Shown here: one piece after another, positions 50,655 to 61,071 of the stretch
Layout of the letters: the number at the start of each line of letters is the position of its first letter
How positions within the stretch are numbered: the first letter of the stretch is position 1
NCBI GenBank assembly: GCA_012295275.1
Contig: CM022665.1
Span: 16,926,001 to 16,990,000 of the forward strand
Source: Chrysomallon squamiferum
Lineage: Eukaryota > Animalia > Mollusca
Direction: 5' to 3'
Length of the DNA stretch: 64,000 nt
The notes under the pieces: generated by a model
Database searches by the model: none
Seen by the model: only the letters and a program-made list of their open reading frames with translations
What the model was told of the DNA's origin: nothing
Made by a program: the position numbers and the translations under genes

Positions 50655-53600
50655 ATGGGTATTCTCTTGGTATTTGGCTGGCTCTTGTTGGCACTTCATC
50701 TTGCTGGAACTGAATCAGTCAACAGCACAGTCTGGACACTAGATGGACACTCATATCTTTATGTCCAGCCTAATTACAGCAGTGACCAAAACCACCACCT
50801 GCAGCTGACTTTCAGAACCACAGAGCCCAATGGTTTGCTCTTTTACCATCACATTACAAGCTTCAACAAAAAGACTTTTCCTTTCTTAACAAGTTATTTA
50901 TTTTCTGCAGAGATTTATTTGGATTCTATCAAAGTGAGCTACATTTTAAATCAGTATTCTGACACTGTTGTCATGGGCTCAGGCTTGAACAATGACAAAT
51001 GGCAGTTGTTGGATGTTTTTCTCAATGTGGAGTCAGGTCTGCTGAACGTAACTCTCAACAAAAAAGAGTCACAGATAAAGATGCTGGATTCCTTCAGGCT
51101 TGGCAATGCACATTCAATTCTTAGATGGTCAGAATTGTCTTCAGTGATAACATTTGGTGGAATAAAACCATCGGTTAATGGTTTAAGAAGTTTCATGGGT
51201 TGTATGAGCAATATTAAATATGCACTTCAAGATGAACATTTGATAAATGTTCCTCTTCAGAACGAAGGACAAGTCATTCATGGCTGCATTGACAGGTGTA
51301 TGAAGGGAGACAACTGTCTGAACCATGGAAGATGTATAAACAGGTACACACACTCAAAATGTGACTGTTTTGGAACAGATTATGAAGGAGATTCTTGTGA
51401 GGTGAAGGGACCCACTGTGATGACATTTCATGGCTATGAGTGGGTGATATACAAACTGTATGATAAGCCTGAAAAGCAGGTATTCTTGGATAGCACTCGC
51501 ATCTCATTTGAGTTCAAGACAGATCGTGGGTCTGGTGTTCTGCTCTATGCTGTTGGAGGAGCCATTCAACATTCACATGTGACAACATCTCTTCATGCAG
51601 GGGTTCTCTACATTTCTGTGTCTCTTGGCTTCAATGATCTGGAGTTCAGAATTGGTTTGGGCCTTGATGACAACTTTTGGCACAATGTAACAATAATTCA
51701 CAATAAAAATGATGTCAGCGTCTTTTTGGATATGGAACAACGCACTCTGATGTCAAATGGAAGCAGTCATTTTCTCACTCTCGATCCAAAAGTGTATTTT
51801 GGTGGTGGACATAATTTTGTTGAAACAAGAGGTCTTCATGTCACACAGAGTTTTGTAGGATGTTTGAGAAATGTCTATTTCAATGAAGTGTCAGTTCTTT
51901 ATGAACTAAGCAAAAACAGTGACATTTGTACTTATTATGGAGGACTGAAACCTTTGTTTGGATGCAGGACTTTGAAAGAAATACCATTCTCCTTTCCAAA
52001 GTCATCTTCTATGTTGAGATGGAACACAAAGTTACAGCCAGACCTTTCAGTCCAGTTGAAGTTTCGCACCATACGAAAGGAGGCTATTTTGTTCTATGTA
52101 GAACTGATATCATGGAAGAGTGAAGGAGGGGGATATGATTTTGGATACTTGGAGGTTTGGCTGAAAAATGGTCACCCATCTCTTCACTTCATTCCTTCCA
52201 GGAATGTGACTTTTAATCAGGTGTTGACAATTCCAGCTTTTGTGAGCAATTCAAGATGGCACTCCATGAAGTTGATACTAAAAAACAGTGAGGTAAAGCT
52301 GAAGATTGATCAGGTGTCTGTCAATACAACCAGATATGTGAAGATGATACAGCAGAAGGGAAAACTGGTGTTTGGCTATGGCTTCAGGAATTACAAGAAC
52401 CATGAGGGATTTGTTGGGTGCATGAAAGAGATAAAGATTCAAGACACTGCTGTAGATCCTGTAGCAGCTTTAGAAAAGTCAGCAATGGGACTTAAACTGG
52501 ACGGGTGTGATCTGGTGGACTACTGCGCTACAACTAACATCTGTGAACACAACAGCATCTGTTTGTCTGACTGGAGTGGAGTGCAGTGTGACTGTCATGA
52601 ACATTATGAAGGAAAGGCCTGTCACTTTTCCAAGCACTTGAAGACATGTGACAGCTACTTCCAGTCTGGAGAGAATAACTCTGGAGTCTTTGTCATTGAT
52701 GTTGATGGTGATGGGCCACTTGAGCCTACCTATGTCTACTGCAATATGAATGTTCTACACAACAACCACAAGTATGGAGATACTATAATCAACCATAACT
52801 TCCAGCCCAGTACAACTATCAGAATGAAGGGTTCTGCTAACAGGAGATACCACATTGTGTATCAGGAAATGGCTCCAGAACATTTAAAGGAATTGACCTC
52901 TTATTCAGCATCATGTGAGCAGCAAATTCAGTATGATTGTTACCAGTCAGCTCTTAGCCTGGGAGAGAAGACATGGTTTCAAGCTGCTAATGGAGAGATT
53001 GTTGACTACATTGGGTCTTCAAAATCAGGCTACTGTAACTGTCCAGATGGCAGCATGTGTGATGGGAAACGTTGTTACTGTGACCATGAGTTACCAGAGT
53101 GGAGGAGAGATTTGGGTTTCAACAGAGTCAAGAAGCAGCTGCCACTTGTTGACATCACAGTCCTTCAACATCCTCATGGTAAAGCTAACTTGACACTGGG
53201 ACCTCTGCAGTGCTGGGGAAACGTCCACCAGCCTCTTGACAAATCTGTGACTCTGACCCAAGAACAGAGTTTCATCAGACTGTTTGCTTGGCAAAAAGGA
53301 GAAATGAGTTTCCAGCTAAAAACTTACCAAAGTCATTCCTTAGTCATGTATCAAAGTCCAACAACAGAAAACCCTAACAAGATGTCTATCAGTATAGAAT
53401 CTGATCACAGTATGAAATTTTCTTTCTTTCTAAAAGGTCATTCTATTGCAGCTGTCCTGCATTCATTAACACCACTTGACAATGGAAACTGGCATTCTGT
53501 AACCATAGAACATGATATGTACAACATTCGCATCAAATTAGATAAATCATCCAAAATTGTTGACCTGCCAGAGCATGTGAAAAATGTAACTGATTTCAGT

Positions 53601-56288
53601 GGAGTTGTTTATCTTGGTGGTGTGTCTGAAGATGTGGAGGATGAAATGGGATCAGTTACTGGCTTCATTGGATGTATTAGAGGATTCTATTACAACAATG
53701 TTTTCAAAGATCTGACTCGTGAAATTGATGAAAGCATGACTGGTTTGAACTCTGGATGCATGTCCTCATGTTGGCCGAATCCTTGTGCTAATGGTGGAGT
53801 GTGTCAGGAAGAATGGGGAACCTACAAATGTCTCTGTTCTCACAAGTGGTCTCATCATGGCACCAACTGTGAGATCAACATCGACCTTGATGCTGTAACA
53901 TTTGCAGGACAGAATGATTCCTTTCTCTTTTTTGACATGTCTGACTTTCCTGAGGTCCTTGACCGGACCATCATTATGAGCTTCCGAACATTCCAGGAAG
54001 AAGCTTTTCTCCTCTACATACATGATCAGTTGAACAATTTTGTACAGCTTGAACTTGTGGACAGTAAGACTATTTCAATCAGCTACAACAACTTGAACCA
54101 GATTGTCAAAGAAAACCTAGAAGTTGAAGGAAATTTGAATGATGGAGCCTGGAAGCAGGTTATTGCTGAGGATTTCTTCAACTTAACTAAACTTCATATT
54201 GAAGGAGCTGAGAAAGTTATTAACTTTAGACGTCTGAAACTGAAACATTATTCTCCTTACCCATTCACTGAAAGCTCACCGAAGGAGACAGTTCTGTTCC
54301 GAATGAGACCTCCCACTGAACCACAACCATTTGTCCATGTGTATGTTGGTGGAGTACCTAAAGATGGCGCTGCTGTTCCTTCACTTAAAGGTTGTGTAAG
54401 AGGTTTGAAAATAGGAAATAATGTCCTGCACTTAGCTCAGACTGCATCTGTTAAAGGAGATGAATCTAAGGTGACTCCAGCTTGCAAAACAGGTTGTCAA
54501 AAAAATACTTGTTTAAATGGAGGTTTCTGCACTGAGTTTTGGAAATATGGTGAGTTCAAGTGTGACTGTATGGAAACTGATTATTCGGGTGAAAGATGTG
54601 AGATTGAGCCATTGGTTGCAGTGACAGGGAAATCTTACATCCTGTATGACTTTCAGCTTGGTCCCACAAGTTCTCACAGCAAAACAGAACAGCTTTCCTT
54701 GTCATTCAAAACAAATGGCACCAGAATGAGAGATTCTGATGGCAACCTGATGGACATGTTGCTAGTCCTGGTCAAAAGTTCTACAACAGGTGACTACATC
54801 ATGGTCAAAGTTGAGAAGTCTGGATCCATAATTCTGAATACAAGTCAAGGTTTTGGCAAGTACAGCATGCGAGCTTCAGGAGATTATGCCAATGGTGTTT
54901 TTCATGAATTCTTTTATAAGCGTGAAGCAGCAGATATGTATTTAACTATTGATGGAGATGTAAAGGCCACTAATAACTTTCCAGATTACAGCATGGATGA
55001 AATAGATACAATTTATATTGGAGGAATACCCCAAGCCCTAAATGAGTTGTCAGAGTACACCAATTTTACAGGATGTGTGTCTAAAGTTGTCTATATTCCA
55101 AAGGCAAATATCCCTGCTAGAGAGAACATTCGGCCCCTGAAGGAGCTGTATCTTAATAACCAAGATGTCAAAGTGCTTGGACCAAATATTACCAGTTGCC
55201 AGAAGGAAAAGCCACCAGCTGCTACAGGAACTCTTGTTCCTGCTGCCAGGAAGACAACCACATTGCGTCGTGAGACATTAACCATGCCACCATGGAATCC
55301 TGGGATAGCAACACCCAGAATGATTGGTAGCAATCCTGTCCTGACCACAGTGTTACAGTCTACTACCACATCATACATAGTAATAACTAACCTCACTTTG
55401 CCTGTGATTAAGAATGGTTTTGCTGATGAGTTGACTGTGGCTGTTGCTGTTTCCATTGTTGCAGCACTGTTGATGATTGCAGTCATTGTTGCTCTGCTCC
55501 TCTGCAGGAAGGGGAAGCGACAAGGCAATGAGTACTTGAAAAAGGATTCTGATTTAGAGATGAAGGAGCCACTGCAGATCAACCATTATGAACCCAGTCC
55601 TGTACCTTCTGACCATTTGGCAAAACTTGATGAGTTCAGCATGATCTCTGCAACACTGGGGCCAAGACCCACCAACAAAGTAGAAGCCTCTGATCCAGCA
55701 AAACGAATCAGCCAGACTAGTTTTCCTCTTATCCTTGAAGAACCTCACTACCCAAATGTCATATTTAACCAGAGGAAGAAACGACCTGCATCTTCAATAT
55801 CTGAAGTGCTGGAGGAAATGGAGAGGAGACAGAAAGGACAGCTGTATGATGACACTTCTGAAAATTCTCCTCACAGTGATCTTGCAGCTAGGAACCATGG
55901 TGAAGGAGAACTGGAGTGGGATCCTATTGCTGACAGGACTCCTCTTACAGTTGGGAACATCACTTTTTTCAACACTCCCCTCTTGGCAAAGACGCCTGAG
56001 GAGCCTGAAAATGAGATGCTACCAACTAGTGACCATCTGGACACAGACAAAGTTACTGACACTGACCAGCCAAACAGTACTACAGAATATAATGGAGACA
56101 GTGGTTATGAGGCAGAGTCGAGACCAGAAAACACCGAGGAAGATATCACACCCATCTCAACTGTGGATGATGACTTGCCTGACAAAATGTACATGTATGA
56201 TCTGACAAGTTTAGATGATCATTCAAATGACTTGTCTAGTCCTATCAGATGTTTACTAGCAGATCACGAGCGCGAATCATTCTTGTGA
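50655..56288 (+). CDS. Axotactin-like neurexin/CASPR-superfamily type I membrane protein, 1877 aa, single coding exon
   Basis: Uninterrupted ORF. The acceptor tctgtttacag|A ATG precedes signal peptide MGILLVFGWLLLALHLAGTES. Order: LamG-EGF-LamG-LamG-EGF-fibrinogen-like (TCDSYFQSG..IDVDGDGPLEP..VYCNM)-LamG-EGF-LamG-EGF-LamG, then a Thr/Pro-rich stalk, a TM helix (LTVAVAVSIVAALLMIAVIVALLLC, ~55431-55505) and a ~260-aa tail ending ESFL. No discoidin domain, unlike CASPR/NrxIV. Confidence 0.92.
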   Translation: MGILLVFGWLLLALHLAGTESVNSTVWTLDGHSYLYVQPNYSSDQNHHLQLTFRTTEPNGLLFYHHITSFNKKTFPFLTSYLFSAEIYLDSIKVSYILNQYSDTVVMGSGLNNDKWQLLDVFLNVESGLLNVTLNKKESQIKMLDSFRLGNAHSILRWSELSSVITFGGIKPSVNGLRSFMGCMSNIKYALQDEHLINVPLQNEGQVIHGCIDRCMKGDNCLNHGRCINRYTHSKCDCFGTDYEGDSCEVKGPTVMTFHGYEWVIYKLYDKPEKQVFLDSTRISFEFKTDRGSGVLLYAVGGAIQHSHVTTSLHAGVLYISVSLGFNDLEFRIGLGLDDNFWHNVTIIHNKNDVSVFLDMEQRTLMSNGSSHFLTLDPKVYFGGGHNFVETRGLHVTQSFVGCLRNVYFNEVSVLYELSKNSDICTYYGGLKPLFGCRTLKEIPFSFPKSSSMLRWNTKLQPDLSVQLKFRTIRKEAILFYVELISWKSEGGGYDFGYLEVWLKNGHPSLHFIPSRNVTFNQVLTIPAFVSNSRWHSMKLILKNSEVKLKIDQVSVNTTRYVKMIQQKGKLVFGYGFRNYKNHEGFVGCMKEIKIQDTAVDPVAALEKSAMGLKLDGCDLVDYCATTNICEHNSICLSDWSGVQCDCHEHYEGKACHFSKHLKTCDSYFQSGENNSGVFVIDVDGDGPLEPTYVYCNMNVLHNNHKYGDTIINHNFQPSTTIRMKGSANRRYHIVYQEMAPEHLKELTSYSASCEQQIQYDCYQSALSLGEKTWFQAANGEIVDYIGSSKSGYCNCPDGSMCDGKRCYCDHELPEWRRDLGFNRVKKQLPLVDITVLQHPHGKANLTLGPLQCWGNVHQPLDKSVTLTQEQSFIRLFAWQKGEMSFQLKTYQSHSLVMYQSPTTENPNKMSISIESDHSMKFSFFLKGHSIAAVLHSLTPLDNGNWHSVTIEHDMYNIRIKLDKSSKIVDLPEHVKNVTDFSGVVYLGGVSEDVEDEMGSVTGFIGCIRGFYYNNVFKDLTREIDESMTGLNSGCMSSCWPNPCANGGVCQEEWGTYKCLCSHKWSHHGTNCEINIDLDAVTFAGQNDSFLFFDMSDFPEVLDRTIIMSFRTFQEEAFLLYIHDQLNNFVQLELVDSKTISISYNNLNQIVKENLEVEGNLNDGAWKQVIAEDFFNLTKLHIEGAEKVINFRRLKLKHYSPYPFTESSPKETVLFRMRPPTEPQPFVHVYVGGVPKDGAAVPSLKGCVRGLKIGNNVLHLAQTASVKGDESKVTPACKTGCQKNTCLNGGFCTEFWKYGEFKCDCMETDYSGERCEIEPLVAVTGKSYILYDFQLGPTSSHSKTEQLSLSFKTNGTRMRDSDGNLMDMLLVLVKSSTTGDYIMVKVEKSGSIILNTSQGFGKYSMRASGDYANGVFHEFFYKREAADMYLTIDGDVKATNNFPDYSMDEIDTIYIGGIPQALNELSEYTNFTGCVSKVVYIPKANIPARENIRPLKELYLNNQDVKVLGPNITSCQKEKPPAATGTLVPAARKTTTLRRETLTMPPWNPGIATPRMIGSNPVLTTVLQSTTTSYIVITNLTLPVIKNGFADELTVAVAVSIVAALLMIAVIVALLLCRKGKRQGNEYLKKDSDLEMKEPLQINHYEPSPVPSDHLAKLDEFSMISATLGPRPTNKVEASDPAKRISQTSFPLILEEPHYPNVIFNQRKKRPASSISEVLEEMERRQKGQLYDDTSENSPHSDLAARNHGEGELEWDPIADRTPLTVGNITFFNTPLLAKTPEEPENEMLPTSDHLDTDKVTDTDQPNSTTEYNGDSGYEAESRPENTEEDITPISTVDDDLPDKMYMYDLTSLDDHSNDLSSPIRCLLADHERESFL

Positions 56289-56291
56289 GAA

Positions 56292-56500
56292 GTGCTTTAA
56301 AATCAAATTTTACTTCTTATTCAAGAAATCCACAGATAGTGCAGAAAGTCTACAAGTATAAAAAAAAAGAAGAAAAAAAGACACACAACTCAAAAATATG
56401 TGCTTTGTTATGTTTAAAATCAAATTTTCCTTCTTGTTCAAGAATTCTACAGATACTCTAAAGAAAGTTTATAAGTTAAAAAACAACTCCAAAATTGTGG
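56292..56500. repeat. ~110-bp tandem duplication just after the stop codon
   Basis: gtgcttt..aaaatcaaatttt(a/c)cttctt(a/g)ttcaagaa(a/t)t(c)..acagata..agaaagt(c/t)ta(c/t)aagt..aaaa..caactc occurs twice. Confidence 0.85.
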
Positions 56501-57601
56501 AATAATATTCACTAATATGGATTTTTATTAACTGTTGTGTTTCCTGAATATTGACCAGTGTTGACATTTTAAAACTTAATGAAAATGTTCTCTTCCCTGT
56601 TTTTCTTTTTTTTTATAATCTGCAGACTCTAACAGATGTGTGCTAAAATTATTTTCATTTATTTAAACACTGATGTACTTAACTGATGCAAAAATAATCT
56701 GAAGAAGAAATACATGTGTCAGTGTTTTTCATAAATGTAAATTTTTCCCGGTAAAAATGGTTGTAGATGCCATATTTGGAAGTTCTTCCAGATATATTGT
56801 GTGTTCTTGTTGTGAGTGTTCATGTTGTCATTTTTCAAAACAAACTGATGTGCTGTCTGCTGATTCTTCAATATATAATATATAGATATTTATATCTTCA
56901 TGTTGCCAGTTATGCAGAATCTTAGATCCTGTGTGTGACTTTTTCAGCTACTGCAACATTAATATAAAATTATCCATTGCATCACTGTTCAATGAATGTT
57001 TGCTGTTACAGTTGTGCAGAATTATCCACCGCTGTTTTGCAGATTTTGCCATTGTGGAGTTTGCAATTAGACTAGTTCAAAATTACTGCAGTTTCTTCGT
57101 GTAAGAATTTGGCAGTGATGTTCAGTATGAATTTATCAATTAACAGTGAAAATATTTATTGCAGATTTTGAAGTGATTTCAGATATGAAACGTCTTCAAT
57201 GAAAGTATATTGCATTTAGCATATTGGACACTTTTCACATTTAGCAGTGACACAGTGAATTGCAGTCACTGCAGATGGCTAAAGAAATTTGTGAAACTTC
57301 ATTGTGCAACTACTGGATCAACTGTCTCCTGCTATGATGGCAAAGAACAAATTTTTCATCTTACTGATTTATGTTTTGAATATTTGTGTATTGATATAGT
57401 TTCTGAAGCTGTTCTTTCTCAAGCTATGAGAGTCGCTTTGGAAGTTTTTATGAGTTTTGTTTGTAATATTCATATTGCCATTTGTATTGGAATTTAAAAA
57501 AATATATTTAAAGCCTGCCATTAGACATTATGCAACATTTTTGGCTAACAGTATTTTTTATTTTATTATTTTTTATTTTATTTTATTATTTTTTTATTTT
57601 G

Positions 57602-57634
<33 letters not shown>

Positions 57635-58134
57635 GTTATTGCAACATAATGGCTAAAAAAAACAACAACAAAACCCACCATTATTAATAAACAAAGTATG
57701 ATTACAGGTATCTATCACTGTAAGACACTTGTAATAACATTAAAATATACTAAGAAAATAATAGTTACGAAGGAGGTAATATGCTTGAAAACAAGAGATA
57801 AACAATATATGTAATACAATTGCACAGAATGAATAGCTGGGTAATCCATATGAGAACGAGTGGTGGAAAATTAAAGATAAGCAACGAAAGCTACACAGTA
57901 ATATAATAGCCAGTAAAGATGTGGTATCTTTGTTCATCATATTAGTAGTAATAGAATTACAAGTTGTTTTTTTTAACAACTCAGTGATAGAACCTAACAT
58001 CCAAGTGTTTATTAGATTAAGGAGCAACCGAACTGCTGTTTACTGCAGATGTATGTATTACGCCACACATGGCATGTAATAATATAGTGATGTTTGTTAA
58101 TTAGGCTTCAGTATAACAGACCTTTCTTGAATTA

Positions 58135-58385
58135 CTTATATACATGTAGATAGGTAGACATAATTACATACATGTGCAGATGCAAGCACATATATGCACA
58201 CACATACCCACACATACCTACATACAAACACACATACACACACACGTATGTATATATATATATGTATGAACATATGTATACAACAACAAAACATGTATAT
58301 ACAATGTATATACATGAAGATGCAGATACACAAGCATTCATATATGTATAAAAACACGCACATACACGCACACATGCAAATACAC
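58135..58385. repeat. (CA/TA)-rich degenerate microsatellite
   Basis: Alternating purine-pyrimidine low-complexity tract that gives several spurious ORFs. A similar tract lies at 58705-58870. Confidence 0.85.
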
Positions 58386-61017
58386 CATTAAAATCAAATC
58401 AGTATAATTATTAAAAAAATAATAATAATTAAAATAATTAAAAAGTTAATTTAATTTTCATCAAGCTGATGTGACAGCTGTTAACTTTTTGACTTGAGAA
58501 AACAGACTGTGTTGGTGTTTCTGATAACCAGAGATTTGTGTTAAACTGGTTCATCTGAAAGTTTACTTTTTTATCTCTAACTGATGTTTACCCTGTCAAC
58601 AGTCAGTGTACATCACACCTGACAGAGGTGGATGTAGGTAAATACCACCCACTCTGACAGTGTGTGTTCTCCAACTCTGATTAGATAAAGTGTTGTCTGG
58701 ACAGTATATATATATAGTATGTGTGTGTATGTGTCTATATAAATTCATTCCTCTGTGTGTATGTATAAACATGCACACACACACACACAACATACATACA
58801 CATATACATAGATATCTATAGATACATGTCAGTATACACACACACATGCATATATGAAAATTGTACACATTTTCACACTTATTTTCTGTTTAAATAAACT
58901 TTTCTCATTCATATATAAATTTCTCTTATGCCAATACACCCAGTAGATTTCTTTCTCCTTTGACATTTATAAAAAAAATATTTTGCTACTATGAATGCAC
59001 AGATATTGTAATTTAATCAAATAACTTCATGATTAATCCACCCCACCAGGTCCAATTTAATTAAAACAGTTCAAAGTATTATTGTCTAATACTGCTTCTT
59101 CATGTAATGAAATATGGATTTATATGTCACTGATTTTATTTTATTTTAATTTATTATTATTTTTTTTAATTTAATTTATATATATATGTGTTTTTGTTGT
59201 TCTTAATCAAAATCTGTTTCTGGGAAATGTCAGATAAACATTTTTCATATTTATTTGTTGTAACTTGATACTATTGCCAGTATTGTCAATGTTCTGTTTG
59301 AACACTAATTTGTCTTTTGTAAACAAACCCAGTTTAATCAAAATGTTTTGACCAAATGTAATGGGGAGGCAAATGTGTTGTTTTTTTGTTTTTGTTTTTT
59401 TTGTTAACCAACTTTTTAACTAATACTTTTATCAATTTCTTTGTTCTTTGTTAATGACTATTATGTTTCTATTAAAGCCAATTAAACTAAATTAAACTTG
59501 AATTTATATTGATAATGTATTTAACTATTGTTTATTACATATGGCAGAACATTTTTGAAGAATTCGTTATCTTCACTGTTTTTGTTAATGCATTTAGAAT
59601 CAACATGATAGAATTAATCTTAAAAGTTAGATGATTTTGTGTTTAATTATAATTGCTCATATCAGCATGATTTTTAATACATTTTTCTTGTTACTGTTGT
59701 TTAATCAAAATAATATCAATTACCTTTTTACTATTATTTCTCTTATTATTATTATTAACATTATTATTGTTATTATTGTCATTATTAGTATTATTTATTT
59801 ATTTATTTATTTACTTTTGTTGTTATCTCTGTTTACATTGGGGTTCTATTTTAAGGGTATTTTTGGTAATATGAAGAAATAGTCTGAAAATATCTGCATA
59901 CTTCAAATTATTGTTTCTTTTTTGCCATCCATTCCTGATTAGAAAGTTTAATAACGAAAGAATACAGATAAAATACTTGGGTGTTGTCCAGGATGGACTG
60001 ATATGTTTTAGTTTCTTATCTCTCCATCATAAATGTGACAGTGTTAGTAACAGTATTATTTTATTGACATAAGTTGCTATTAAGGATAATAGGTAGCTAA
60101 AACCAAATAAAATAATAACTTTTGAATACAAGGAATTATTTTTTTTAGGCTATTTGTTCATACTGCCAACAGATACATTTTAATAACATGCAGTCTCATT
60201 ATCTGAAAACAGTTCTTAATTTGCTCAGCAGTTTTATTTATTTATGTATTTATTTATTTATGTAAATCACTGGTTTAGATCTTAATGACAACTTGATTCT
60301 ATCAGGGCAATTGTTAACACAGTATAATTATATACATAGTTTAAATATATAAAAATATAGGCACCCTTTGTTCAGTATGTTTAAACTGATGTATTCGTTA
60401 ATAACATTAATTTCTCAATTTATGAGGTTCAAACACCACTCTTTGTTTGAAGTATAATTATTTAATTAAATTAATTATCATTTTGCATAGAGCAGTTATA
60501 ATAATCTTTGTCATGTAAGTACATGTATATGTTCATGTATTTTGGCCATTTTTGTCAGTGTGGGCACATGACTTTATGCAATATTTGTTCAATAGTTAAT
60601 GTTGCTTTAGTAGTTACTGTTATAATTATATTATTATTATTTTTTTTTTTTTTACATTCATCATGATATAATATCAAATTATTTTGATTAAATAATACTA
60701 ATACATGTCCCATAGAAAACAATCTATGAATTTTATTTTTAATAAAAAAAAATGTTTTAAAGCAAGTAACAACAAATGTATTTAAAAAAAAAAAAAAAAA
60801 GAAAGAAAGAGAAAAAGAACAATACTGACATATATAGATTAAATTAAATCTCATTGCATTCAAATCACTGCCATTTTGTCTCTTCTCAGTAATCGTGTTT
60901 ATTATATTACAAAAAGTATATTAAAAACATTTTTTGTTATAGGCCCACAGAAGTTATCTCCCATGTATGTTTTTTCTATCTACCAAGAGTTCTTTTTATT
61001 TATCTTAAATGTATTGC

Positions 61018-61071
<54 letters not shown>

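Noticed and set aside
50951-56205. Overlapping and antisense ORFs inside the large CDS (e.g. 55091-55582, 55735-56205)
   Set aside because: Shadow ORFs expected from a long coding exon; no recognisable domains.
57740-58130. Purine-rich, CpG-bearing segment that might be a retroelement remnant
   Set aside because: No translatable motif recognised in any frame.
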